A stretch of DNA of 64,000 nucleotides, taken from Bacteroidia bacterium. GTDB lineage: Bacteria; Bacteroidota; Bacteroidia; JABEUT01. Made by a program: the position numbers and the translations under genes. Below, in pieces: positions 1-9,571 of the stretch (within the stretch, counting starts at the first letter, position 1; every line of letters starts with the position of its first letter). The stretch is taken from NCBI GenBank assembly GCA_035486275.1, contig DATHNG010000063.1, positions 32,616-96,615 on the forward strand. Reading direction: 5' to 3'. Below the pieces are notes generated by a model. The model did not search any database. It was not told where the DNA came from and saw only the letters and a program-made list of their open reading frames with translations.

Positions 1-1342
1 TTCTTCCATAACAGGTAGTAAAATGGGCCTTATGAACGGAAACCAGGGACTGGCAGCTATTTATTCTTTGCAACATAACTATGATCGTGCCATTTTTTAT
101 TACCTGCAGGCCTATAATATTTCCGATAGCCTTGGAGTACTTGATGAAAAAATGCTGAATGCAAAATACCTCGGCCATACTTACCTGAAAGCGGGTGAAT
201 ACGAAATGGCCGCTAAATACCTTGATAAAACCTTAACATTAAAAGATTCTCTTTTCAGTGATGAAAAGGAAAAAGCGCTTGGTAAGCTCGAAACCAAATA
301 TGACGATGATAAAAAATTTCTTGAACAGCAAAAGGAAATGGCTGTAGCTGCAGAACAGGATAAACGCCAGAAACTTGCAACTGCAGGTGTTTCAGTAGGG
401 CTTGGCCTGGTACTTATCTTTTTGTTCCTTCTTTTCAGAAGATTTAAAGTTACCAATGAACAGAAGAAGGTTATTGAAGAACAAAAAAAATATGTAGATG
501 CCGCCTACGGCCAGTTGCAGGAAAAAGACAAGGATATAACCGACAGTATAGCCTATGCACGTAAGATACAAAGCGCTATTATTCCGTCTGAAGAATATTT
601 AAAAGATTCACTTGGCGATTATTTTGTGCTTTACAAACCCAGGGATGTTGTAAGCGGTGACTTTTATTGGTGCCATAAAGAAGGTAGTAAGGTAATTTTT
701 GCAGTGGTTGATTGTACAGGTCATGGTGTGCCCGGAGCCTTTATGAGTATGATCGGTAACAGTATGCTGAACCAGGTAATCATTGAAAATAAAGTGTTAA
801 GCAATTCGGGAGAAATATTGAACCAGGTACGTTATAACCTGTTAAGGCAACTAAAACAGAGAGGGCAGGAATCAGTTTCACGCGATGGAATGGATATGGC
901 CATTTGTATATGGGACAGAGATAAGAATATACTGCAATATTCCGGAGCTAATAATTCACTATACCTGGTAAGAAAGGGTATTAATGGTACTCCGGTTCAG
1001 AACCCAAAATTCAGGCCACATGGAAGCGATATGGTGGAAGTGTTGGCAGACAAACAACCAATAGGCTACCAGGAAGGTAAAATGGAAACAGTATTTACCA
1101 CACAAACTATTGAGTTGAAAAAAGGCGATACTATTTATATCTCATCTGACGGTTACCAGGATCAGTTTGGAGGAGAGAAAAATAAAAAATTTACTTCGAG
1201 AGCTTTCCGTGATATGCTTGTCGCCATTTCCAACACTACATGTGCTGAGCAAAAACAAACATTAGATTCTACCATTGAAAAGTGGAAGAATTCCTATGCC
1301 CAAACGGATGATATATGCGTTATGGGAGTAAAAATAGGCTAG
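1..1342 (+). CDS. TPR-repeat / single-TM / PPM (SpoIIE-RsbU-type) serine phosphatase, 5'-partial (frame is open to the window edge)
   Basis: TPR-like motifs at N-term (AIYSLQHNYDRAIFYYLQAYNI...), a hydrophobic TM segment (VGLGLVLIFLFLLF), and a C-terminal PP2C/SpoIIE-like core (VVSGDFYW...VVDCTGHGVPGAFMSM...DGMDMAICIW...GDTIYISSDGYQDQF). No stop codon upstream of the annotated ATG at 23. Confidence 0.6.
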   Translation, partial: SSITGSKMGLMNGNQGLAAIYSLQHNYDRAIFYYLQAYNISDSLGVLDEKMLNAKYLGHTYLKAGEYEMAAKYLDKTLTLKDSLFSDEKEKALGKLETKYDDDKKFLEQQKEMAVAAEQDKRQKLATAGVSVGLGLVLIFLFLLFRRFKVTNEQKKVIEEQKKYVDAAYGQLQEKDKDITDSIAYARKIQSAIIPSEEYLKDSLGDYFVLYKPRDVVSGDFYWCHKEGSKVIFAVVDCTGHGVPGAFMSMIGNSMLNQVIIENKVLSNSGEILNQVRYNLLRQLKQRGQESVSRDGMDMAICIWDRDKNILQYSGANNSLYLVRKGINGTPVQNPKFRPHGSDMVEVLADKQPIGYQEGKMETVFTTQTIELKKGDTIYISSDGYQDQFGGEKNKKFTSRAFRDMLVAISNTTCAEQKQTLDSTIEKWKNSYAQTDDICVMGVKIG

Positions 1343-1343
1343 T

Positions 1344-2546
1344 TTATTTTTTTACAGTTCTAAAAAGGCCCTTATCATAGGCAGTACAGTACAACTTATA
1401 GTAATCAGTAGTAGTTTTTAGTGTTGTATATGCATTATCCATTAGCTCTTTTTTAAGCTTCTCATTCTTATTTGCAAATTCAATCAATTCATCGGCAATT
1501 GCTGAATTATCCCTTCCCGCTCCTCTTAAATTGCTCCATGCACAAATGCTACCCATTTGCTCCAATATCGTTTTCAGCTTTTTAGGATTAGCCGCAAATA
1601 AAGGGTAATGTATTCTATCGGCAACGGGCTGCAATTCTTTCAATACATAGTTTTTCTTATCAATATTTATACTTGCCAGTAATGCAGGTGGGGCCGAAAG
1701 TGTTCTTTTCTGTACTTCAACTATTCTATCGGCTTCGGTTTTCCAATTTGGCTGTTTGGTTTTAATAACTCCGCCAAGGCATGATGGTAATGTCTCCTTC
1801 AGGTCGAGCAAAAAGCGGCCATCATATCCTCCCCTGCCTTCAACCAATACCGCATACCTGTTAAGCCCAAGGCTTGATGTGCCAGCAATACGAAAAGTAA
1901 CGTCAAGCACATTATAAAACTCCGGATCACTGGTTCCCTTAGCCCATTTCTCAATATGCTCGGCTACTTTATTTTTTTCTTTTCCTGGTATTTGTACTGT
2001 ATGTGTGCCATCAATCAAGATCTTTTTTTTACTGGTTTTCTTTTCCAAGAAATCCTTTCTCTTTCTTTTTTGAACCTTTTGCAGAAAGTCTCTCATTATA
2101 CCCGTTGTGGTTTCAGCCTCCAGTTCGCGTATATAGCCCTGCCTTAAACTATTGAAATAAGCATCTGTAAATACTTTACAAAGGGCATCAGCATCACTTA
2201 CATTCAGCTTTAATCCATCTGCTGAGACATAAATACTGGTCAACATTCTTGAAATATCTATAAAAAAGGAGCCTAAAATGCACTCATCAAAATCATTTAC
2301 GCCGAAATAGGTCAGGCGGTTATCTGCCTTATAACTCCCAAGGTTTTCTAGATGAAGGTCGCCACAGAGCCATGCATTTGGTGCATCGAATAAAAATGAT
2401 TTTTTGGGTATATCGCCATATAACACATGAGGAATAGCACGATAGAACCTGTATTTATCCTCTCGCATGGCTTTATACTTCAACGCTAATATTTCCGGAA
2501 TGCGGCCAGCGTTATATGCTTTTATCTGTTCAGCAATATCTTTCAT
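1344..2546 (-). CDS. DUF2252-family protein (kinase-like fold, function unknown)
   Basis: 400 aa; the CGDLHLENLG motif and overall architecture recall DUF2252. Recognised from memory only. Confidence 0.4.
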   Translation of the reverse strand: MKDIAEQIKAYNAGRIPEILALKYKAMREDKYRFYRAIPHVLYGDIPKKSFLFDAPNAWLCGDLHLENLGSYKADNRLTYFGVNDFDECILGSFFIDISRMLTSIYVSADGLKLNVSDADALCKVFTDAYFNSLRQGYIRELEAETTTGIMRDFLQKVQKRKRKDFLEKKTSKKKILIDGTHTVQIPGKEKNKVAEHIEKWAKGTSDPEFYNVLDVTFRIAGTSSLGLNRYAVLVEGRGGYDGRFLLDLKETLPSCLGGVIKTKQPNWKTEADRIVEVQKRTLSAPPALLASINIDKKNYVLKELQPVADRIHYPLFAANPKKLKTILEQMGSICAWSNLRGAGRDNSAIADELIEFANKNEKLKKELMDNAYTTLKTTTDYYKLYCTAYDKGLFRTVKK

Positions 2547-2658
2547 AAGCGGTATTATAATAATAGCATATTCACATACGTTCTATGCCTAATGCGAATT
2601 TAACAAAAAGACGTTGGCAAATGCCTTATTTACCCGCTTGGAGGTGCACAAATTTCAG

Positions 2659-2666
2659 TAACTTTG
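2659..2666 (+). promoter_or_regulatory. Bacteroidota-type -7 box TAACTTTG upstream of wzm, with TTG ~19 bp further upstream at 2638-2640
   Basis: Matches the TAnnTTTG consensus 25 nt before the GTG start of wzm. Confidence 0.35.
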
Positions 2667-2690
2667 AGCAACTAATTCTTATACCAGAAA

Positions 2691-3530
2691 GTGAGCAACC
2701 GCATTGTTATTGAGCCTGGGGCAAAAGCTAAGCATTATTGGAAGGATATATGGAATTACCGGGGACTTTTTTACTTTCTGGCTTGGCGCGATGTTTTGGT
2801 CCGCTATAAACAAACAGCAATTGGCCTGGCCTGGAGTATTATAAAACCACTATTCACCATTCTTGTAATGTGGTTTATCGGCTGGCTATTCAGTTCTCAG
2901 GTGCCAGTTGGTGTACCTCGTATTTTATTAGTGTCGGCAGCGGCATTACCCTGGCAGTTTTTTTCGGGAGCATTCAGTGAAATAAGTAATTCATTGGTCA
3001 CTAATTCAAACCTACTCACTAAAGTATATTTCCCGAGGTTGATTGTGCCTTTAAGCACAATTATTGTGGCGCTAATTGATTTCTGTATTTCACTTGCTTT
3101 GCTGGTAGTTATAATGTGTTTCTATCGCTTTGTGCCTGATTGGAAAATACTTTTTTTACCGCTATTTTTATTATTAGCAATTATTATAGCTATAGGAACA
3201 GGCCTATTTATTGGCGCACTCAATGTAAAGTATCGCGATTTCCGTATTATTGTTCCTTTCATTGTACAAATTGGTTTATATATTTCCCCGGTAGCTTTCA
3301 GTAGCGATTATATATACAATAGTAGTAGAATACCCGAGGCATTAAAGTTTGTTTACTCACTTAACCCAATGGTTAGTGTTATTGATGGTTTCAGGTGGTG
3401 TATTATTGGCAGCAATAGCACTATTTACCTGCCCGGGTTCCTTATTTCAATTGTGGTAAGTTTTTTCTTTTTGATTATTGGAATATGGTATTTCCGTAAA
3501 ACAGAACATTCATTTGCAGATGTTATTTAA
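2691..3530 (+). CDS. wzm: ABC-2 type polysaccharide export permease (Wzm)
   Basis: 279 aa, ~6 TM segments, ABC-2 permease signature region; GTG start; stop overlaps the wzt ATG (TAATG). Confidence 0.7.
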   Translation: MSNRIVIEPGAKAKHYWKDIWNYRGLFYFLAWRDVLVRYKQTAIGLAWSIIKPLFTILVMWFIGWLFSSQVPVGVPRILLVSAAALPWQFFSGAFSEISNSLVTNSNLLTKVYFPRLIVPLSTIIVALIDFCISLALLVVIMCFYRFVPDWKILFLPLFLLLAIIIAIGTGLFIGALNVKYRDFRIIVPFIVQIGLYISPVAFSSDYIYNSSRIPEALKFVYSLNPMVSVIDGFRWCIIGSNSTIYLPGFLISIVVSFFFLIIGIWYFRKTEHSFADVI

Positions 3531-4783
3531 TGGAGCCGGCAATTAAAATAGAAAAACTGAGTAAGAAATACATCCTGCAACACCAGGCGAAAGAAAGCTA
3601 TGTTGCATTACGGGATGTAATGACCAACAACGTAAAAAAGGTTTTCAGTGGTGAGAAAAGTACGCGACCTACTACAGAAGAATTCTGGGCATTGAAAGAT
3701 GTTTCATTTGAGGTTAATGCCGGAGAAAGATTAGGAATAATAGGAAGGAATGGAGCTGGTAAATCAACTATGCTTAAAATTCTCAGCCGTATTACTGACC
3801 CTACTGAGGGGCGTGTAACCATAAACGGAAGAGTAAGTAGTTTACTTGAAGTAGGTACAGGGTTTCATCCTGAACTTACCGGTAGGGAGAATATTTTCCT
3901 GAACGGATCAATACTTGGAATGGGAAAGAGGGAGATACAGGCCAAATTTGATGAGATAGTAGCTTTTGCTGAAATAGAAAAATTTCTTGATACTCCTGTA
4001 AAGCGTTATAGCAGTGGCATGTATGTTCGTTTGGCTTTTGCCGTTGCGGCACACCTTGAGCCCGATATTTTAATTATAGATGAAGTACTGGCTGTTGGCG
4101 ATGCCGCTTTTCAAAAAAAATGCCTTGGTAAAATGGAGGATGTTTCCAAACATGGCAGGACAGTTCTTTTCGTTAGTCATAACATGGCTACAGTAACTGC
4201 GCTTTGCAATAGGGTTGCCATTATGGAAAAAGGCAGGCTGAAAGAAATAGGAGACACTGAAGCAATTATAAATTCTTACTTACACGCCGGCAAAAAAAAT
4301 ACAGGTGGTTATAGAGATGATTCACCGGCTTCAGCCAACGCAAAATTGAAAATAAGGAGTATTCGGATACTCAATAATAATTCACTATCTGTTTCGGAAC
4401 TGAACAATGAAAATAAAGGCTTTGTTGAAATTGAGTTTGAGGTTTTACAGGAAGGCAGAGGGTATGATGCAACTATTCAATTGAATCATTTTCAATATGG
4501 TGTTATTTTCACCAGCTGTATAAAAGACGTAGACCCTGTTGAGAGCAACACTAAAGTATGGCAAAAAGGAACGTATAAATATTTGATAGAGCTGCCTATG
4601 AATATTCTGCGTGGTGGCGACTATTCCGTTACTGCAGCCAGTGCAATTCCTAAAGTAGAAGTTCTGGATGTTTTTGAATATGAAACAACATTCTCTGTTT
4701 TTGATTCTATAAGCCCGGTTGCTAAAACTACAGAAGGAAGAAACGGGGCTATTTTACCGGTAATAGAGTGGAGAAAAGTTTAA
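3530..4783 (+). CDS. wzt: Polysaccharide export ABC ATPase Wzt with a C-terminal extension (putative glycan-terminus-binding domain)
   Basis: Walker A GRNGAGKST, signature YSSGMYVRLAF, Walker B LIIDEVLAVGD, plus ~160 aa of extra C-terminal sequence as in O-antigen Wzt proteins. Confidence 0.75.
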   Translation: MEPAIKIEKLSKKYILQHQAKESYVALRDVMTNNVKKVFSGEKSTRPTTEEFWALKDVSFEVNAGERLGIIGRNGAGKSTMLKILSRITDPTEGRVTINGRVSSLLEVGTGFHPELTGRENIFLNGSILGMGKREIQAKFDEIVAFAEIEKFLDTPVKRYSSGMYVRLAFAVAAHLEPDILIIDEVLAVGDAAFQKKCLGKMEDVSKHGRTVLFVSHNMATVTALCNRVAIMEKGRLKEIGDTEAIINSYLHAGKKNTGGYRDDSPASANAKLKIRSIRILNNNSLSVSELNNENKGFVEIEFEVLQEGRGYDATIQLNHFQYGVIFTSCIKDVDPVESNTKVWQKGTYKYLIELPMNILRGGDYSVTAASAIPKVEVLDVFEYETTFSVFDSISPVAKTTEGRNGAILPVIEWRKV

Positions 4784-4808
4784 TGGTAAAACACACAAGC
4801 ACTCCTGC

Positions 4809-5993
4809 ATGAAATATCTAAAACTCCTTATCAGAAACATACTGGCAGGGCTTGGGTATTCAATATCCAATTCCACACACAAGGCAAAGGTTTTATGCAA
4901 TGTATTCAATACCACCTACAATAGAACCGCCCTGGTTTCATATATACAAAATGTGTTTGAAGATGCAAGAAACCAGGCCGATGAGCGGCACACAAACAGG
5001 TTAACCACAGCTATTATAGCTGAAACCTTGCGTGACCTGGGGTATAATGTAGACGTAATTAATTATTCAGATGATATTGAGGACAGGTTTAATACCTACG
5101 ATATAGTAATTGGTTTAGGTAAATCACTCGATAGCGTTTTAAGCAAACGCAGTAGCTCAAAAAAACCTAAGGTTATTTGGTTCGGTACCGGATGTAATCC
5201 GTTATTCTCAAATACAGCTACCATTAAACGTGTTGATGATTTTTATAAAAAACATGGTAAAATAGTATTAACATCTTCAAGATATATTAAGGAAGATTGG
5301 GTTTTACAGCACGAATTTGCAGACTGGATAATTCTACACGGCAGCACTTTTTCCAGGTCAACATACAGAAAAGAAAATATCAGTTCCATTCATGCGCCTG
5401 TATTTATCAAACACAATATAACCAGGACAGATAATGAATGGGCTACAGCCAAGCAGAATTTTATTTGGTTTGGAAGTAATGGAGCCATACATAAAGGGCT
5501 GGATTTGGTCATAGATGCTTTTACTGAACGTAAAGATTGTACACTGCATATTTGTGGCGACATTGAAAATGAGGTTGATTTTTTTAAGCTTTATAGTCCT
5601 CTTATTAAGTCATCTTCTAATATCAAGTATCATGGGTTTGTAAATGTAGAATCAGATTCTTTTAAAAAGATATTGCAGAGTTGTGCATTTGTAATTTACC
5701 CAAGCGCATCAGAAGGGAACTCACCGGCTGTACTAACATGTATGGCTAACGGAGGGTTAGTGCCCGTTGTTTCTAAAAATGCTGATATAGACCTCAACGG
5801 CTATGGTATTCTTATAGATGAACTGACCATTGAATCAGTAAGTAGTGCAGTACAGAAATCACAAGATTTATCAGTATCTGAATTAAAAGCCCAAAGCAAA
5901 CTCGTCCTGAAAGAAACTACCCGCTTTAACTCTTTTAATTACTTTAAGGAAGACTTTAAATTGAAACTTCAGGAAGCTATTAAAACTATTTGA
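4809..5993 (+). CDS. GT-B glycosyltransferase (GT4/GT1-like)
   Basis: C-terminal half has a GT-B donor-binding pattern (FIWFGS...KGLDLVIDAF...EGNSPAVLTCMANGGLVPVV). Confidence 0.5.
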   Translation: MKYLKLLIRNILAGLGYSISNSTHKAKVLCNVFNTTYNRTALVSYIQNVFEDARNQADERHTNRLTTAIIAETLRDLGYNVDVINYSDDIEDRFNTYDIVIGLGKSLDSVLSKRSSSKKPKVIWFGTGCNPLFSNTATIKRVDDFYKKHGKIVLTSSRYIKEDWVLQHEFADWIILHGSTFSRSTYRKENISSIHAPVFIKHNITRTDNEWATAKQNFIWFGSNGAIHKGLDLVIDAFTERKDCTLHICGDIENEVDFFKLYSPLIKSSSNIKYHGFVNVESDSFKKILQSCAFVIYPSASEGNSPAVLTCMANGGLVPVVSKNADIDLNGYGILIDELTIESVSSAVQKSQDLSVSELKAQSKLVLKETTRFNSFNYFKEDFKLKLQEAIKTI

Positions 5994-5994
5994 A

Positions 5995-6816
5995 ATGAAG
6001 TGTAAAATTTGCAATTCTGAATCTGCACCTTTTTACAAGGGAAAAGTACTAAACAAGTACGATGTGGCTTATTTCAAATGTAACACCTGTGGATTTATTC
6101 AAACGGAAGAACCATATTGGCTGAATGAAGCATATAGTGATGCCATTGCCACACTTGATATTGGCTTAATAGGTCGTAATATTGAATTATCAGCAACTAC
6201 AGAAAAGGTCATATCAGGTTTTTTCGGCAATGCAAAACAATTTCTCGATTACGGTGGTGGGTATGGAATGTTTGTCCGTTTAATGCGCGATAAAGGGTTT
6301 TCATTTTATCGCTACGATACACATTGTAAAAACCTGTTTGCTCAGCACTTTGATCTGTCAGACATTGAAGCAAAAACATTTGACCTTGTTACTGCGTTTG
6401 AAGTTTTCGAACACCTTGTAAACCCAATTGACGAAGTAAAAAAGATGCTTTCATTTGCGCCCTCCATTTTCTTTTCCACACTTCTCGCACCCTCTACCCC
6501 CAATGAATTTGATACATGGTGGTACAGGGCGCCTTTATCGGGTCAACATATAGCATTTTTCACACTTGAATCTTTAAATTTTATTGCAGGACAGTTCAAC
6601 AAAAAACTCTATTCCAATAATCATAATCTGCACCTGATAACTGATCATGAAATAGATAGTAAGTTATTTACAGCCACTATTACTCCGAGAAAGAAATCAA
6701 TTGCTGAAAAGATATCCGGAAGGTTTTTCTCTGAGTCTGCACCTGCTTCGCGTAAATCGCTTATTGAAGAAGATTATGCCTTTATTGAAAATAAGTTTAT
6801 AAAAGAGGGCAAATAA
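5995..6816 (+). CDS. Class I SAM-dependent methyltransferase with N-terminal Cys4 zinc ribbon
   Basis: CKICNS...CNTCGF zinc ribbon followed by a LDYGGGYGMF SAM-binding motif I and a downstream acidic motif (VTAFEVFEHL). Confidence 0.55.
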   Translation: MKCKICNSESAPFYKGKVLNKYDVAYFKCNTCGFIQTEEPYWLNEAYSDAIATLDIGLIGRNIELSATTEKVISGFFGNAKQFLDYGGGYGMFVRLMRDKGFSFYRYDTHCKNLFAQHFDLSDIEAKTFDLVTAFEVFEHLVNPIDEVKKMLSFAPSIFFSTLLAPSTPNEFDTWWYRAPLSGQHIAFFTLESLNFIAGQFNKKLYSNNHNLHLITDHEIDSKLFTATITPRKKSIAEKISGRFFSESAPASRKSLIEEDYAFIENKFIKEGK

Positions 6817-6819
6817 AGT

Positions 6820-7968
6820 ATGGGCACAATTAATGAAATTGTGAATAAAGGCAGGCGAAAGCTTAAATACACGCTCACTGATTCAATAGAAAAGGCATTC
6901 TATTCTAAAAAAGCCAAACAAAATAATACCGACACTATTATTTTAAGACTTGATGGAATAGGTGATTACATCTTATTCAGGAACTTCATTGAAGATGTTT
7001 ATAGAGCAAGAGAAAACTCAGGAAAGATTGTGTTGTGCGGTAACATTTTATGGAAGGACCTGGCAGAGAAACTTGATTGCAGATTCATTTCTGAGTTTAT
7101 TTGGGTAAATGTGCCCTTGCTACATTCCAATGCGTATAGGTTTTCGATTTACAGAAAATTACAGGCAACACAATGTGCTATTTTATTGCACCCTGTTTAT
7201 TCAAGGACTGATGAAAGCGACAAACTAGCATTGCATAGCGGAGCCAGAGAAATTGTAGGTTACAATGGAGACACGGTTAACATTAGTGCAGAAAAAAAAG
7301 AGGAAAATAATAAACGCTATAGTCGGTTAATAGAACCTTCGCAAAAAAACATGTTCGAATTTTACAGGAACAAATATTTCTTTGAAGCCGTTCTGAATAA
7401 AAAACTAAGTGTCACGAAACCTGCAATTAATCTACCAGTTTCAAACAGTGAAAGAGGTGGGTATATTATTATTTTTCCGGGTGCAGGTCATCAAAACAGA
7501 AAATGGCCTGTAAATAATTTCGCAGCCCTCTGCAAAAATATTAGCCAGACCTATAAATTACCCATATTAATATGCGGATCGGAACGTGACAGTGAAGTTG
7601 CCAGGGAAATTATTGCAAATAGCGACGTACCTATTCAAGATAGTACTGGGAAATTTAGTTTGTTTGAAACTACTGAAGCCATGCAGAAAGCATCATTGGT
7701 TATTTCAAGCGATTCTGGGCCAATGCATATTTCAGTAGCTTTAAATATTCCAACCATTTGTATTTCAAATGGAAATAATTACAACCGCTTTTGCCCCTAC
7801 CCTGATGAAATGGGCGTTAAGCTGTTAGTAGTACTGCCTGGTGAATTTGAAAATATGATCAGCAATAAAGAAAGCCGGGAAAATTTATTTGGTAAAGAAT
7901 CTGAATTGAATATGAACTTAATACCGTCTGAAAAAGTTTTTCAGGCAGTAAAAAAGATATTAGCGTAG
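6820..7968 (+). CDS. GT9-family (heptosyltransferase-like) glycosyltransferase
   Basis: ILRLDGIGDYILF..., FPGAGHQNRKWP..., SSDSGPMHISVALNIPTICI - the typical GT9 pattern. Confidence 0.5.
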   Translation: MGTINEIVNKGRRKLKYTLTDSIEKAFYSKKAKQNNTDTIILRLDGIGDYILFRNFIEDVYRARENSGKIVLCGNILWKDLAEKLDCRFISEFIWVNVPLLHSNAYRFSIYRKLQATQCAILLHPVYSRTDESDKLALHSGAREIVGYNGDTVNISAEKKEENNKRYSRLIEPSQKNMFEFYRNKYFFEAVLNKKLSVTKPAINLPVSNSERGGYIIIFPGAGHQNRKWPVNNFAALCKNISQTYKLPILICGSERDSEVAREIIANSDVPIQDSTGKFSLFETTEAMQKASLVISSDSGPMHISVALNIPTICISNGNNYNRFCPYPDEMGVKLLVVLPGEFENMISNKESRENLFGKESELNMNLIPSEKVFQAVKKILA

Positions 7969-7971
7969 CAC

Positions 7972-8724
7972 ATGCCTAAGTTATCAATAATAACGATAAA
8001 CCTGAACAATAAAACTGGTCTGCAAAGGACACTTAAAAGTGTCATAGAACAAACCTATAAGGACTTTGAATATATAGTTATTGACGGTGGATCTGTTGAT
8101 GGAAGTGTAGATGTTATTAAAACCAATGAATCGGCTATTAGATATCATGTATCAGAAAAAGACACCGGTATATACAATGCTATGAATAAAGGCCTAAAGA
8201 AAGCTAATGGAGAATATTGCCTGTTTTTGAATAGCGGAGATTATCTGTTTGCACCGGATGTATTGGAAAATATTTTCAGCCAAAACTTCACTGAAGACAT
8301 TTTATATGGGGATATGATGATAGAAGACGCTTCAGGAAAGCAATATAAAGGGCAAATGCCCGAATCCTTAACATTTGAACACATGATCAATGATACCCTT
8401 TGGCACCCGGTTTCTTTTATAAAACGAAGTTTGTTTAATACCTATGGTTATTACAGGGAAGATATAACTATAATTTCAGATTATGACTTTTTTTTAAAAG
8501 CCATATTAGTCAATAAAGTATCCTACAGGCACATACACATAATTGTTTCAGTATTTTTGTTAAATGGTATAAGTTCTGACCCCAAAAATGATGTATTCTT
8601 AAAAACTGAAAGAAGAAAAGTGCAATTACAATACTTTAGTGAGACTGAGATTGATGCAGTTCCAAAAAAAAAGAGTCACAAAAGAAATCTGTTAAGAAAA
8701 ATAATTGACCGGTTAAAGAAATAA
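7972..8724 (+). CDS. GT2 glycosyltransferase
   Basis: LSIITINLNN...EQTYKDFEYIVIDGGSVDGS - GT2 N-terminal signature with a DxD-like motif. Confidence 0.65.
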   Translation: MPKLSIITINLNNKTGLQRTLKSVIEQTYKDFEYIVIDGGSVDGSVDVIKTNESAIRYHVSEKDTGIYNAMNKGLKKANGEYCLFLNSGDYLFAPDVLENIFSQNFTEDILYGDMMIEDASGKQYKGQMPESLTFEHMINDTLWHPVSFIKRSLFNTYGYYREDITIISDYDFFLKAILVNKVSYRHIHIIVSVFLLNGISSDPKNDVFLKTERRKVQLQYFSETEIDAVPKKKSHKRNLLRKIIDRLKK

Positions 8725-8725
8725 T

Positions 8726-9571
8726 ATGCCCCAGCAAATAGTTGATACGCCTTTAGTTTCGGTAATAGTACCCTGCTATAACTCTGCTCCGTACCTTGCT
8801 GAAGCATTGGATAGTGTATTAGCCCAGACATATGCAAATTGGGAATGTATTATAGCAGATGATGGATCAGCTGACAATTCAAAACAAATTGCAGTTACAT
8901 ATACTCAGAAAGATAAAAGGTTTAAATACATTCACCAGGAGAACAAAGGTGTATCGGCAACGCGAAATAATGCAATAGGCCAAAGCACAGGTAAGTATAT
9001 ATTACCATTAGATGCTGACGATAAAATAGCGCCGGCTTATTTAGCTGAAGCAATTAAAGTTTTTGAAAATGAACCCAACACCAAATTAGTCTACTGCCGG
9101 GCAGCATTATTCGGCAAAAAGCGAGGCAAATGGAACCTTCCGCCGTATTCTTATAAAAACCTTTTAATTGAAAATCTTATTTTTTGTTCAGCGGTGTTTA
9201 AAAAAGCTGACTTTGATAAAACATCCGGCTACGATATTAAAATGGTGGAAGGATTTGAAGATTGGGACTTCTGGCTTTCATTTCTTACCGAAACAGATAG
9301 AGTATTTCAGATTCCACGAGTTCTTTTTTATTATCGCTTAAAGGATACATCGAGAAATACTGACCTGGATGAAGCCAAGCAAAGACGGCTTCGCACAGCC
9401 ATATATATAAAGCATGAAAGTATTTATACAAAATACTTCTCTCAGCCAGATATGTTATTTGAATATTACAAAGAGAATAAAAAGTATGAAGGAATAAACA
9501 GTTCTATGACCTATCGGTTGGGAGTTATTCTTTTATGGCCTTATCGCTTCATCAGAAATATACTTAAATGA
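8726..9571 (+). CDS. GT2 glycosyltransferase
   Basis: VSVIVPCYNSAPYLAEALDSVLAQTYANWECIIADDGSADNS; ATGA overlap with the next gene. Confidence 0.65.
   Translation: MPQQIVDTPLVSVIVPCYNSAPYLAEALDSVLAQTYANWECIIADDGSADNSKQIAVTYTQKDKRFKYIHQENKGVSATRNNAIGQSTGKYILPLDADDKIAPAYLAEAIKVFENEPNTKLVYCRAALFGKKRGKWNLPPYSYKNLLIENLIFCSAVFKKADFDKTSGYDIKMVEGFEDWDFWLSFLTETDRVFQIPRVLFYYRLKDTSRNTDLDEAKQRRLRTAIYIKHESIYTKYFSQPDMLFEYYKENKKYEGINSSMTYRLGVILLWPYRFIRNILK

Noticed and set aside
181-456. Assorted short (60-110 aa) opposite-strand or out-of-frame ORFs throughout the six-frame track (for example 181-456, 3598-3822, 5358-5549, 16695-17006, 27114-27440, 36388-36732, 52370-52918)
   Set aside because: Each is nested inside a longer ORF with clear family motifs. 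They have no signal peptides, no domains and no promoter boxes, so they are typical shadow ORFs.
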